From contig JAYUJP010000043.1 in the NCBI GenBank assembly GCA_043765155.1, positions 1 through 47,482 on the forward strand: a stretch of DNA of 47,482 bases, given 5' to 3'. A program made the position numbers and the translations under genes. The notes under the pieces are model-generated. The model had not been told where the DNA came from and did no database searches. It worked only from the letters and a program-made list of their open reading frames with translations. Below are positions 1 to 9,064 of the stretch, piece by piece; positions within the stretch are counted from its first letter, which is position 1; the number at the start of each line of letters is the position of its first letter. Source of the stretch: a bacterium. GTDB lineage: Bacteria > Patescibacteriota > Minisyncoccia > Phycocordibacterales > UBA5272.

Positions 1-189
1 TGAGCTTAAATCAGACGTATCTGAGCTTAAATCAGACGTATCTGAGCTTAAATCAGACGTATCTGAGCTTAAATCAGACGTATCTGAGCTTAAACAAGAT
101 GTATCTGAGCTTAAACAAGACGTATCTGAGCTTAAACAAGATGTATCTGAGCTTAAACAAGATGTATCTGAGCTTAAATCAGACATGAT
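1..189 (+). repeat. Nine tandem copies of a 21-bp unit (tgagcttaaatcagacgtatc, variant tgagcttaaacaagatgtatc), in frame and coding
   Basis: Direct reading: units at 1, 22, 43, 64 (tcagac type), 85, 106, 127, 148 (caagat/caagac type) and 169 (diverged). The array probably continues upstream of the window. Confidence 0.95.
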
Positions 190-478
190 AATTGTAAAGT
201 CTGATATTGCTGGACTTAAAGTAGAAGTCACTAACATAAATATTAAAATAGATACGCAGACGGAAACAATACTTTCTTCTATTCAGGAAATGTTAGAGGA
301 AAATAGATTAGAATCCTCAGATAGAGTTGAGGCTGCCATGGAGCAATCAGAGGACAGGATGAGTGTTTACGGAAATATGTATTCTGAAAATAGAGTAGAT
401 ATAAAAAATTCAATTTCTAGCTACGGGAACCTTGAGAAAAGAGTTTCAAAATTAGAAGAGTTAGTTTTAACAAATTAA
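2..478 (+). CDS. Coiled-coil heptad-repeat protein, 5'-truncated by the window edge
   Basis: Frame 2 is open from the window edge to the TAA at 476-478. The first ~189 nt translate to ELKSDVS/ELKQDVS heptads, followed by a K/E/S-rich tail. The listed ORF 185..478 is only the part after an internal Met. Confidence 0.6.
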   Translation, partial: ELKSDVSELKSDVSELKSDVSELKSDVSELKQDVSELKQDVSELKQDVSELKQDVSELKSDMIIVKSDIAGLKVEVTNINIKIDTQTETILSSIQEMLEENRLESSDRVEAAMEQSEDRMSVYGNMYSENRVDIKNSISSYGNLEKRVSKLEELVLTN

Positions 479-509
479 AAAATATTATAATATACAATTT
501 ATTTAAAAT

Positions 510-1592
510 ATGAAACATAATATATTTATAACAGGAGGAGCGGGATATGTGGGCGCTATGCTGTGTGAGCAATATCTCAAAAGAGATGATGTTAATATGG
601 TTATAACTTTGGACAAAGAAAATCCAAAAGACATAATGATAGACCTGCTCGAAAATGTAAACTACAAAGATAGGCTAGTATATATCAAGCATGACATGAG
701 CGATGAGGGGTGGGAGGAGAAAGTCCTAAAATATAATCCGGACATTGTAGTGCATACTGCATGGCAAATACGTGAGATATATGGTGATAGAACCCTGTCA
801 TATAAGTGGAATATTGACGGCTCGGATAGAGTTTTTGATTTTGCTTTTGAGAATATTAACATAAAAAAATTAATACACTTTTCGACAGTAGCGAGCTATG
901 GAGCCTTTGCAGATAATAGTGTTGATTATTTTTATACAGAAAATGATAAGTTTAGAAAAACAAAATACCTGTACGCAGAAGAAAAGAAATGGACCGAGGA
1001 ACATCTTGAGGAAAAGTACGCAAAGCTAAGCGAGGCTAGGAAAAATAGCATACAAGTATTTCTGGTGCGCCCAGCTGCGATCACGGGTCCAAGAGGTAGA
1101 GTGGGCAGAATAAGATTTGGACTACAATCTGCCCTTTCAGGTAGTCTAAAGGGGACGTCTTTTGTTAATAATATAGTGTCACTACTGACTAACTTTGTAC
1201 CAGTAACTCCAAAATGGTTAAGGCAGTACATACATGAGGATGATGTAGCTGATATAGTCGCTACTCTTGCTTTTGATAATGTAGAAAAAGAAGGAGTAGC
1301 AGTATATGAAGTATTTAACATATCACCTCCAGGTGAATGCGTAATGGGTCCAGATATGGCCAAGGCTGTGAACAAAAAGTATATAACCATACAACCGTGG
1401 ATGGCTAGGCTAGCATTTTTTACTCTGTGGCATATGACAAGGGGTAAAATACCAACAGCCGAAGGTAGCTGGAAAGGTTACTCATACCCGATAGCAGTGG
1501 ACGGTAGCAAGATAAGTAAAAAGTATGGATATAAATATAAATATCCCAGCAAAGAAGCCTTTGTCAAAAATGAAGGCAGATATGCAAAATAA
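510..1592 (+). CDS. NAD-dependent epimerase/dehydratase (SDR family sugar-nucleotide enzyme)
   Basis: N-terminal Rossmann motif ITGGAGYVG, extended-SDR-like length (360 aa), and an intrinsic terminator directly downstream. Confidence 0.75.
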   Translation: MKHNIFITGGAGYVGAMLCEQYLKRDDVNMVITLDKENPKDIMIDLLENVNYKDRLVYIKHDMSDEGWEEKVLKYNPDIVVHTAWQIREIYGDRTLSYKWNIDGSDRVFDFAFENINIKKLIHFSTVASYGAFADNSVDYFYTENDKFRKTKYLYAEEKKWTEEHLEEKYAKLSEARKNSIQVFLVRPAAITGPRGRVGRIRFGLQSALSGSLKGTSFVNNIVSLLTNFVPVTPKWLRQYIHEDDVADIVATLAFDNVEKEGVAVYEVFNISPPGECVMGPDMAKAVNKKYITIQPWMARLAFFTLWHMTRGKIPTAEGSWKGYSYPIAVDGSKISKKYGYKYKYPSKEAFVKNEGRYAK

Positions 1593-1595
1593 ATA

Positions 1596-1628
1596 AAAGG
1601 GCGTACCGCAGGTACGCCCTTTTATTTA
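1596..1628 (+). terminator. Rho-independent terminator
   Basis: gggcgtacc-gca-ggtacgccc stem followed by ttttattt. Confidence 0.85.
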
Positions 1629-1672
1629 TAACATAAATCTTAACTTGTAAATATATTTAATTTTGCCAAATA

Positions 1673-1681
1673 TGATATAAT
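1673..1681 (+). promoter_or_regulatory. Extended -10 promoter element TGaTATAAT
   Basis: Exact TGnTATAAT about 105 nt upstream of the 1788 ORF. Confidence 0.4.
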
Positions 1682-1787
1682 TAAAATATTATAAATATAG
1701 ATTAAAAAACTTTTTATTTTATAAAGTCTGACCAACTTTGTTATATAAAATAAATAACCCAGTAGGTAATTATACCTAATTAAAAAT

Positions 1788-2408
1788 ATGCAAGAGCTAA
1801 GTAAGTTATTTGGAAGTACAGAAAAAGTAAAACTGATAAGATTTTTCCTAGGCAATGAAAATGGTTTATATGATGTAGATGAGATAGAGGAGAAACTTAA
1901 AATTAAAAAAGAGAAACTACGAGACGATATCTCGGATCTAGAAAAGTCTGAGCTTATTATCAAGTCAAAAGAAAGATTCTCGGTAGAGTATGAATCGGGT
2001 AATGCTATAAAGTCAGGAGTAAGAGAGTATACATGTTATACGCTTAACAAAAAGTTTAGATTCTTAAAGTCCCTCAATGAGCTGATGTTTGATTTTAAAA
2101 ATGCTAATAGGGATGTACTTCTAGATAGATTCAAGTCCATTGGTAGATGCAAGCTGTTTATACTTTCTGGAGTATTTTTAGATAGTGATAAGTCACGTCT
2201 TGACATATTATATGTGGGAGAAGCTATTAAGAGTGGACTTGCGGACAAAGTAGTGGCTGAGCTAGGTATAGAGGTGGGCAAAAAGTTAAACATACATATA
2301 CTAGACCTAGAAGAATTTAACTATAGATATAAGATGTATGACAGATTCCTCCGCGACCTTTTAAAAGAAGATAATGAGGTGCTGATAAATAAAATGGTGG
2401 GTATCTAA
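1788..2408 (+). CDS. Hypothetical protein, possibly with an N-terminal winged-helix-like region
   Basis: 206-aa ORF with a coding-like composition and no recognisable catalytic motif. Confidence 0.5.
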   Translation: MQELSKLFGSTEKVKLIRFFLGNENGLYDVDEIEEKLKIKKEKLRDDISDLEKSELIIKSKERFSVEYESGNAIKSGVREYTCYTLNKKFRFLKSLNELMFDFKNANRDVLLDRFKSIGRCKLFILSGVFLDSDKSRLDILYVGEAIKSGLADKVVAELGIEVGKKLNIHILDLEEFNYRYKMYDRFLRDLLKEDNEVLINKMVGI

Positions 2409-2634
2409 ATTTTGCAAAATTGGGGAATATGTGTTAATATATATTTACTTTATCAAATATTTAAAAAGATAATAGTTGCAAATACGTGATGTATAAGTAA
2501 GACATAAATATAAAAGTTATACATTTTTATAAAAATTTTACCCAATCATGCGTATCGAATAATAGCCTACTTAATCTTCTTACTTTTTATATTAAAAATA
2601 AATTAAGTAGATAGGTGTAAGTAATAAAAATAAT

Positions 2635-3195
2635 ATGAAAACAAACAAATCAGTAAAAGGAAAAGCGGAAGCATCTTTTGATACATTAAAAGGAGCTTTT
2701 GGTTATACTAACAAGTTAGCGGCACCAAAGCTAACAAAAATAAGTGTGTCAGTAGCTACTGGTACTATGATGAGAAAGGACAGAAAGAGGAATGACCTTG
2801 TTATGGATAGAATAGCAAAAATAACAGGCCAGAAGCCAACACTTAGAAAAGCAAAGCAATCAAATGCGAGCTTTAAAATACGTGAAGGGGACCCAATAGG
2901 AGTGTCAGTAACATTACGTGGGGCGCGCATGTATGACTTTATCGATAAGATAATCAACATAGCACTTCCTCGTACCAAGGACTTTCGCGGACTATCTGCG
3001 ACATCACTTGATAATATTGGTAATATGACTTTTGGTATCAAGGAGCATACGATATTCCCAGAGATAAAAGATGAAGAGATCAAGGACGTATTTGGTATGG
3101 CGGTTACTATGGTAACTACTGCCAAGACAAAAGAGGAGGCAAAAGCATTTTTTGACTTAATCGAAATCCCTTTTAAAAAGGAGGCAAAGAATTAA
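2635..3195 (+). CDS. rplE: 50S ribosomal protein L5
   Basis: Clear similarity to E. coli L5, e.g. ITGQKP, FKIREGDPIGVSVTLRG, ALPRTKDFRGLS, IFPEI and TTAKT. Confidence 0.93.
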   Translation: MKTNKSVKGKAEASFDTLKGAFGYTNKLAAPKLTKISVSVATGTMMRKDRKRNDLVMDRIAKITGQKPTLRKAKQSNASFKIREGDPIGVSVTLRGARMYDFIDKIINIALPRTKDFRGLSATSLDNIGNMTFGIKEHTIFPEIKDEEIKDVFGMAVTMVTTAKTKEEAKAFFDLIEIPFKKEAKN

Positions 3196-3240
3196 TTCTA
3201 AATTAATTTGTAATCTTAAATTAATAATAAATTCTGTTCA

Positions 3241-3285
3241 AAATACATAAGCGCCGCCCGTAGGGCGGCGCTTATGTATTTTGTG
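3241..3285 (+). terminator. Rho-independent terminator
   Basis: aaatacataagcgccgccc-gta-gggcggcgcttatgtattt long perfect hairpin followed by a T run. Confidence 0.9.
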
Positions 3286-3292
3286 TTATAAT
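3284..3292 (+). promoter_or_regulatory. Extended -10 promoter element TGtTATAAT
   Basis: Exact TGnTATAAT 28 nt upstream of the ATG at 3321. Confidence 0.45.
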
Positions 3293-3320
3293 AATTTTAA
3301 TAAGTATAAAAATTTAAACT

Positions 3321-4619
3321 ATGAATTTTATAAAGCGAAAAATTAAGACTATTTTATCTCTCTCAATGGCCAGAGAAATGTTTTTATATGGAGTAGCTAA
3401 TACTATAGGCTATATATCTTCTTTTATAGCGGTATTTTTTGTAGCTAGATATTTGGGTCCGGCTAATCTTGGGCTATACAGTTTTGTCCAGAATTATTCA
3501 GCGTTATATATAACCATAGTAGGCGGAGCAGATTATTATTATTCTTGGTCTATTGCTAGGGCCGAGGATAAGTTTGCGTCTATGCGCGAGTATATAAAAC
3601 ACAAATTTTTCCTAGCCTCTTTTTTGACCATTATAGGCATTATACTCGCTTATATAACATTGCCTCATGACGTATTTATATTAGTGTGTATTTTTATGGC
3701 ACCGCTATTTTTACAGAGCTTGTCAGCGTTTCAGCTTTACAGTTTATATGAAAAGAAAGCTAAGCTAGTATCCACAATGCAAAGCATATCTGCGACTATT
3801 TCTCTTTTATTAAAACTTACTCTTATATATTTAGAGGCGGATCTAAAGTATTTTGTTTTTGTCGCCGGCTTAGACGTTGTTATGATATGCGTGCTATTTA
3901 GTATTTATTTTATGAGTAACAGTTATTATAAGAGTAGGCTCTTGCAAATAAATAGGATAAAAATGAGTGATATGTTTATTTATTTTAAAAAAATTAACTT
4001 TTTTAAAAGCGTGAGCGCCAGCACTATATTTTTCTGGAATATAAAAACTAGCATACTCGCTATATTTCTGTGGCAGCTGCTATTACGCGCTGATCAGCTC
4101 ATACTTGCAGCCGTCTCAAATGCTTTTACTATGGGTATATATGCAGCCGCTGTAAAAGTCGCCGAGATACCAAATGCATTAGCGGGTATTATATATTTGA
4201 CACTAATAGGCCGTATGACTCATATGTTAGACGCCAACACAAAAGAGAGCAAGGGTAAAGTCAAAAAGATATTCTATTTTTATATTTTCTTAGGATCTAT
4301 TATTTCTGTGTTTATATTTATATTTGCTCCATTAGTAGTAAACATAATATATGGAGAAAAGTTTTTAGGTGCTGAGAACGTACTTCGTATATACGCGTTA
4401 TCTATACCAGCTATGTACGCCCTATATTATTACTTTTCTGTGTTTGGTTCTCAGAATAGGCATAAGCTGCAGATTATAATATTTGTAATTTCTGTTATTT
4501 TAAATATTATTTTAGTTCTCACTCTTACTCCTATTTTTAGCCTTATCGGTACCGCTTGGGCTACTGTTATATCCTATACCTTCGCCGCTGTTATGTTTTA
4601 TGTGTACTCGGAGAAGTAG
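3321..4619 (+). CDS. Polytopic membrane protein, Wzx/MOP-type polysaccharide (oligosaccharide) flippase-like
   Basis: 432 aa with many hydrophobic segments. Layout and length are typical of polysaccharide biosynthesis/flippase family proteins. It lies in the same region as the sugar epimerase gene. Confidence 0.55.
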   Translation: MNFIKRKIKTILSLSMAREMFLYGVANTIGYISSFIAVFFVARYLGPANLGLYSFVQNYSALYITIVGGADYYYSWSIARAEDKFASMREYIKHKFFLASFLTIIGIILAYITLPHDVFILVCIFMAPLFLQSLSAFQLYSLYEKKAKLVSTMQSISATISLLLKLTLIYLEADLKYFVFVAGLDVVMICVLFSIYFMSNSYYKSRLLQINRIKMSDMFIYFKKINFFKSVSASTIFFWNIKTSILAIFLWQLLLRADQLILAAVSNAFTMGIYAAAVKVAEIPNALAGIIYLTLIGRMTHMLDANTKESKGKVKKIFYFYIFLGSIISVFIFIFAPLVVNIIYGEKFLGAENVLRIYALSIPAMYALYYYFSVFGSQNRHKLQIIIFVISVILNIILVLTLTPIFSLIGTAWATVISYTFAAVMFYVYSEK

Positions 4620-4745
4620 TTATAATAACTTTTACTCCATCTTTACTTTTTATAATTTAAGTAGTAGTATATGTGAGATAGCTCTTTTGGGGGTTAAATT
4701 AAAACATAACCCAGTTCGTTAACGTCTTAAAGATTGGAGATTCTC

Positions 4746-5321
4746 ATGTTTAGCTCAGTCATTTCGGTTATCCAGAAAATCGTTATCGCTTGCCACGTTA
4801 GTGTTTGGCGATTTTTATTAAGAGGAGAAGTAGTAAAAGATAGGCAAGTTGCCATAGCAATGGTGATATCTTACGCTTGCTGCTCAGTAATGTTTAAAGT
4901 TTTTGCAAAATTACAGCCTGCTTGGCCGCCTACCATTATCCTTTTATTTCTTGGCATATTGGGGACCATCAGTTTTCTTGGAGGTATTAATCAAATTAGA
5001 AAAGGGTTAGCCAGAGACATGTGTATCTTATTAACTTCTGGAAGAGGTGAGACACAATTGTCGCGAGATGCATTTTTGATGCAGCTTTGTTTAAGGAGAC
5101 AGTCCCTTCTTTACATACTTTTCATGATACCAATATACCTAGATCAAAAATATGTGACTTTTAATCTTTTGAGTTCTTTAATGTTTTTATTTTTTTTATT
5201 TCACACCCTAAAATCTTTTGTCTTAGTGGGTCTAGTCTTAACAGACAAAGACCCGCCAAAGAAAAAGGAAAAGAAAGAGGAAGACAAAAAGACGGGAGAT
5301 TTTTCTCTTAACGGAGCCTGA
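4746..5321 (+). CDS. Hypothetical membrane protein with a lysine/glutamate-rich C-terminal tail
   Basis: Long open frame (the listed ORF starts at TTG 4734). ATG 4746 is preceded by a ggag SD (attggagattctcATG). Hydrophobic segments are present and a strong terminator follows. The amino-acid composition (Cys, Trp, Arg) is atypical for the neighbourhood. Confidence 0.45.
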   Translation: MFSSVISVIQKIVIACHVSVWRFLLRGEVVKDRQVAIAMVISYACCSVMFKVFAKLQPAWPPTIILLFLGILGTISFLGGINQIRKGLARDMCILLTSGRGETQLSRDAFLMQLCLRRQSLLYILFMIPIYLDQKYVTFNLLSSLMFLFFLFHTLKSFVLVGLVLTDKDPPKKKEKKEEDKKTGDFSLNGA

Positions 5322-5346
5322 GCATATCTGGTTATTGGTCACAATA

Positions 5347-5376
5347 CAAACCCCTACTTAGTAGGGGTTTTTCTTT
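5347..5376 (+). terminator. Rho-independent terminator
   Basis: aaacccctac-tta-gtaggggttt stem followed by ttcttttg. Confidence 0.8.
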
Positions 5377-5446
5377 TGCAAAAGATCTATAAAAAGGTAT
5401 AGTAAGGGCCGGTATTGGGTGTTAAAAATCTTTACGCAAAAGGCGC

Positions 5447-5475
5447 TTGCAATACTAAAAACTTTATGCTATACT
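5447..5475 (+). promoter_or_regulatory. Sigma70-type promoter, candidate rRNA operon promoter
   Basis: TTGCAA, 17 nt, TATACT, with TGc immediately upstream of the -10 (extended -10). It lies about 435 nt upstream of the 23S 5' end. Confidence 0.55.
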
Positions 5476-6407
5476 TGCTCTCACGTTCGTTGACAATTCA
5501 ATCATAAGCAAAGACAATTTATCTCTATGATAATATTATTTATAATTTTATTTTTAGTAGGGGTCTTTTCGGTCTTTAGCTTATATATCACAAAATCCTA
5601 GTTGCTAATGTATAGCAGCTAGGTAGCTCAAATTAAATAAGAAAGAAATAATTTATGAAAGTAAATCATGTTAATTTTGTTTAAGATGAGAAATCACAAA
5701 AATAATAAGATAATAATTAAATTTTTAATTTAAAATTATCAATGAACTTGTAGCAAAGCATGTCTGTATACGAAAGTGTGCAGACAAAAACATGTGAGAG
5801 TAAATTTAAAAGTTATAATGATAATAAATGTCGCAAGATATTTATAGAAGTAATAACTAATATGTTTACAATTATATGTATAAAAATAGTGGAATGTAGC
5901 ATATACATTTCCTAATAGGAAAAATAAGAGCATGGGGTGGATACCTTGGCTCAAGGAAGCGATGAAGGACGTAGTCAGGCTGCGATAAGCCTCGGGTTGA
6001 TGCCTAACAATCTTACCCGGGGATCTCCGAATGAGGAAACTCTACTAGAGTAATGTCTAGTAACCTAAGGCAGCAGTGCCTAGGAGCATACCCACTGAAG
6101 TGAAACATCTCAGTAAGTGGAGGAAAAGAAACTAAATAAGTATTACGCAAGTAGCGGCGAGCGAAAACGTAGAAGCCCAAACCGACATGCTTGCATGTAC
6201 GGGGTTGTAGGGTAGAGACGTAGAATTATCTAGATTAGTCATAAAATATATTGATAGAAGAATAACCTGGAAAGGTTAGCCATAGAGGGTGATAGCCCCG
6301 TAGTCGAAATCTTTATATCTAATTTGTCTCTATTCCTGAGTATCTCAAGACACGAATAGCTTGGGAGAATCTGCCGGAACTAACCGGTAAGGCTAAATAT
6401 TCCTTGA

Positions 6408-6453
<46 letters not shown>

Positions 6454-7762
6454 GGAAAGGGAGTGAAATAGATTTGAATCCCCATGTTTACAAAGAGTAG
6501 AAGAGGACTTGATCCTCGACTGCGTGCCTATTGAAGAATGAGCGAGCGAGTTAATATATACAGCTGGTTAAGTGGAAGAAAGCCACGGAGCCAAAAGCGA
6601 AAGCGAGTGTGAATAGCGCGAAATAATAGTTGTATGTATTAGACCCGAAGCCAGATGAGCTACCCATGGGCAGGTTGAAGTCTGTCGAAAGATAGATGGA
6701 GGACCGAACCGGTAGGTTGTACGACTCCTTCGGATGACCTGTGGGTTGGAGTGAAAAGCTAATCGAATCTGGTAATAGCTGGTTCTCTCCGAAATAGTTT
6801 TTGGACTAGCGTCATGCGCTGATGTGTGGAGGTAAAGCACTGGAAGGTTTTGACTAGTAGAAATACGGCAACGCCTATCAAACTCTGAATGCCACACAGT
6901 GAAGCATGGCAGTAAGTCTGCGGGGGCGAAGCTCCGTGGACAAGAGGGAAAGAGCCCTGATCGCAAGTTAAGGTCCCAAAGTGTATGCTAAGTGTACTTG
7001 AGGATGTGGAGTTTCATTGACAATGAGGATGTTGGCTTAGAAGCAGCCACCATTGAAAGAAAGAGTAACATCTCACTCATCGAGAGATTCTGCGCCGTAA
7101 ATAATCGGGACTAAAGCATACCACCGAAACTGCGGGCTGTAGCATTTTTGCACAGCGGTAGGAGAGTGTTCCACTCTGCGTTGAAGGTAAAGGGGTGACC
7201 CATACTGGAGCGTGTGGAAGTACGAATGCTTGCACAAGTAACCGCAAGGAAGGTGAGAGCCCTTCCCGCCGAAAGACTAAGGATTCCCACGCAACGTTGA
7301 TCGACGTGGGGTTAGTCGGGCCTAAGGAGATGGCTAACGCCGGATCCGATGGACATAGGGTTAATATTCCCTAACTTGGTAAAATTGTGATGGACTGACG
7401 CATTGTTGTAATTCATGCCCCTTATTGGATTGGGGTAGGGTAGCTGATTGTGTATCGCAGGCAAATCCGCGATATAAATGAGAGGCTAAGCTTGAAGGGT
7501 GTAGCAATACACTTGAAAATGGGTGAGCACGGTGCCAAGAAAAGGTTCTACATTCTGTGAATACAGAACATGACTATTAGTCTATATGAGCGTAAGCTTA
7601 TCCGGATTAATAGTTGTGCGTTAATTTTTTATCAATCCGTACCGTAAACCGACACAGGTAGTCAGGTCGAGTAGACCAAGGCGAACGAGTGATTTCTCCC
7701 CAAGGAACTAGGCAAAAAAGCGGCCGTAAGTTAGCGATAAGGCCTCCCTCCATCACTTTGTC

Positions 7763-8199
7763 TTTAAATATATCGTAAGATATTTTTAAAATAAAGTGCA
7801 TGTGAAGGTTCTAGAGAATTGAAAGTCTGTTTAATTACAGCATTATTATATGTGACGGCAATCCATATAATAAGAGACAAATATGTATGTGTATATAATC
7901 ACATACACACAGATTCTCTGAATCTCTGTCATGCATATGTTTAAGTTAGTTTTATGTGTTTAGTGGAGATTATATTCAGCAACTAAAGGAGATCGTAATG
8001 ATGTATCGAGGTGCATGTAATCCCGATTTTTATCGGGGAGTGAAATTCAGTCGAGTAGAAATGACTGTAGGAAATATTGGCGCCACTATAATTTCTTGCA
8101 TTTATTTACTCGTATTTCTTTCCATGGTATTCTGAAGGTCAATCTTTCAAACCCAAGAGACATCTTGGGGTCTCTACTAAACACATAAGACAATTTGAA
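7763..8199 (+). ncRNA. About 437-nt structured insertion at the apex of 23S helix 63 (expansion segment, IVS or intron; unclassified)
   Basis: Flanked by ccctccatcactttgtc (7746-7762) and gataaagtgatggaggg (8200-8216), which pair and align to E. coli helix 63. Internal long-range helix 7952-7969/8171-8188, a GUAA-capped hairpin at about 7768-7790, and several other hairpins. No credible ORF. Confidence 0.7.
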
Positions 8200-8367
8200 G
8201 ATAAAGTGATGGAGGGCGCAGCGAAAGTGTCCCTGCCGACTGTTTATCAAAAACACAGCTCTGTGCGAACTCGTAAGAGGATGTATACAGGGTGACGCCT
8301 GACCAATGCGGGAAGGTCAAATAATGGTGGTGCGATTATATCAAGCTGGCCGTTATAAGCCCCCGTC

Positions 8368-8415
<48 letters not shown>

Positions 8416-9064
8416 TGGTAAGTTCAGACGTGCACGAATGGCGTAACGAGTGGGGAACTGTCTCGGGGAGTAGCTCGGTGAAAATACATTGGGGGTGAAG
8501 ATGCCCCCTACCTGCAGATAGACGAAAAGACCCCGTGAGCTTTACTCTAGCTTGATATTGCGTTTGTTACTTTGTTGCGTAGAATAGTGGTCAGGGGTTT
8601 GATGTTGTGGGTTTTGGCTCACATCTACCCGACAGTGAAATAGCCATCTTCAAAGTGGCAAGCGCTAACGTGTCCGGAAAAAACGGACGCAGACAGTATC
8701 TGGTGGGGAGTTTAACTGGGGCGGTTCCCTCCTAAAAAGTAACGGAGGGGTTCATTAAGTTCAGCTAGGCGCGAATGGAAACCGTGCCGATAGTGTAAGG
8801 GCATAAGCTGGATTCACTGCAAGACGGACATGTCGAGCAGACAGGAAACTGGGACCTAGTGAACCGACAACACGCATTAGATGCGGTTGAAGATTAACGG
8901 ATAGAAGCTACCACGGGGATAACAGGCTAGTTTTGCCCAAGAGTTCATATCGACGGCAAAGTTCGGCACCTCGATGTCGGCTCATCTTATCCTGGTGGTG
9001 GAGAAGCTACCAAGGGTATGGCTGTTCGCCATTTAAAAAGATACGTGAGCTGGGTTCAAACCGT

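Noticed and set aside
1-189. Whether the tandem repeats at the window start could be a CRISPR array.
   Set aside because: The units are contiguous 21-mers without spacers, and they are in frame with an open reading frame encoding heptads. No repeat-spacer architecture or cas genes occur anywhere in the window.
4620-5910. Looked for a 16S rRNA gene, a tRNA, tmRNA, RNase P RNA or SRP RNA in the region upstream of the 23S gene.
   Set aside because: No universal 16S blocks, tRNA cloverleaf, tmRNA ends (GGGG...CCACCA), GAGGAAAGUCC (RNase P) or SRP domain IV motif could be read. The region is better explained by one ORF with its terminator, followed by the rRNA promoter and leader.
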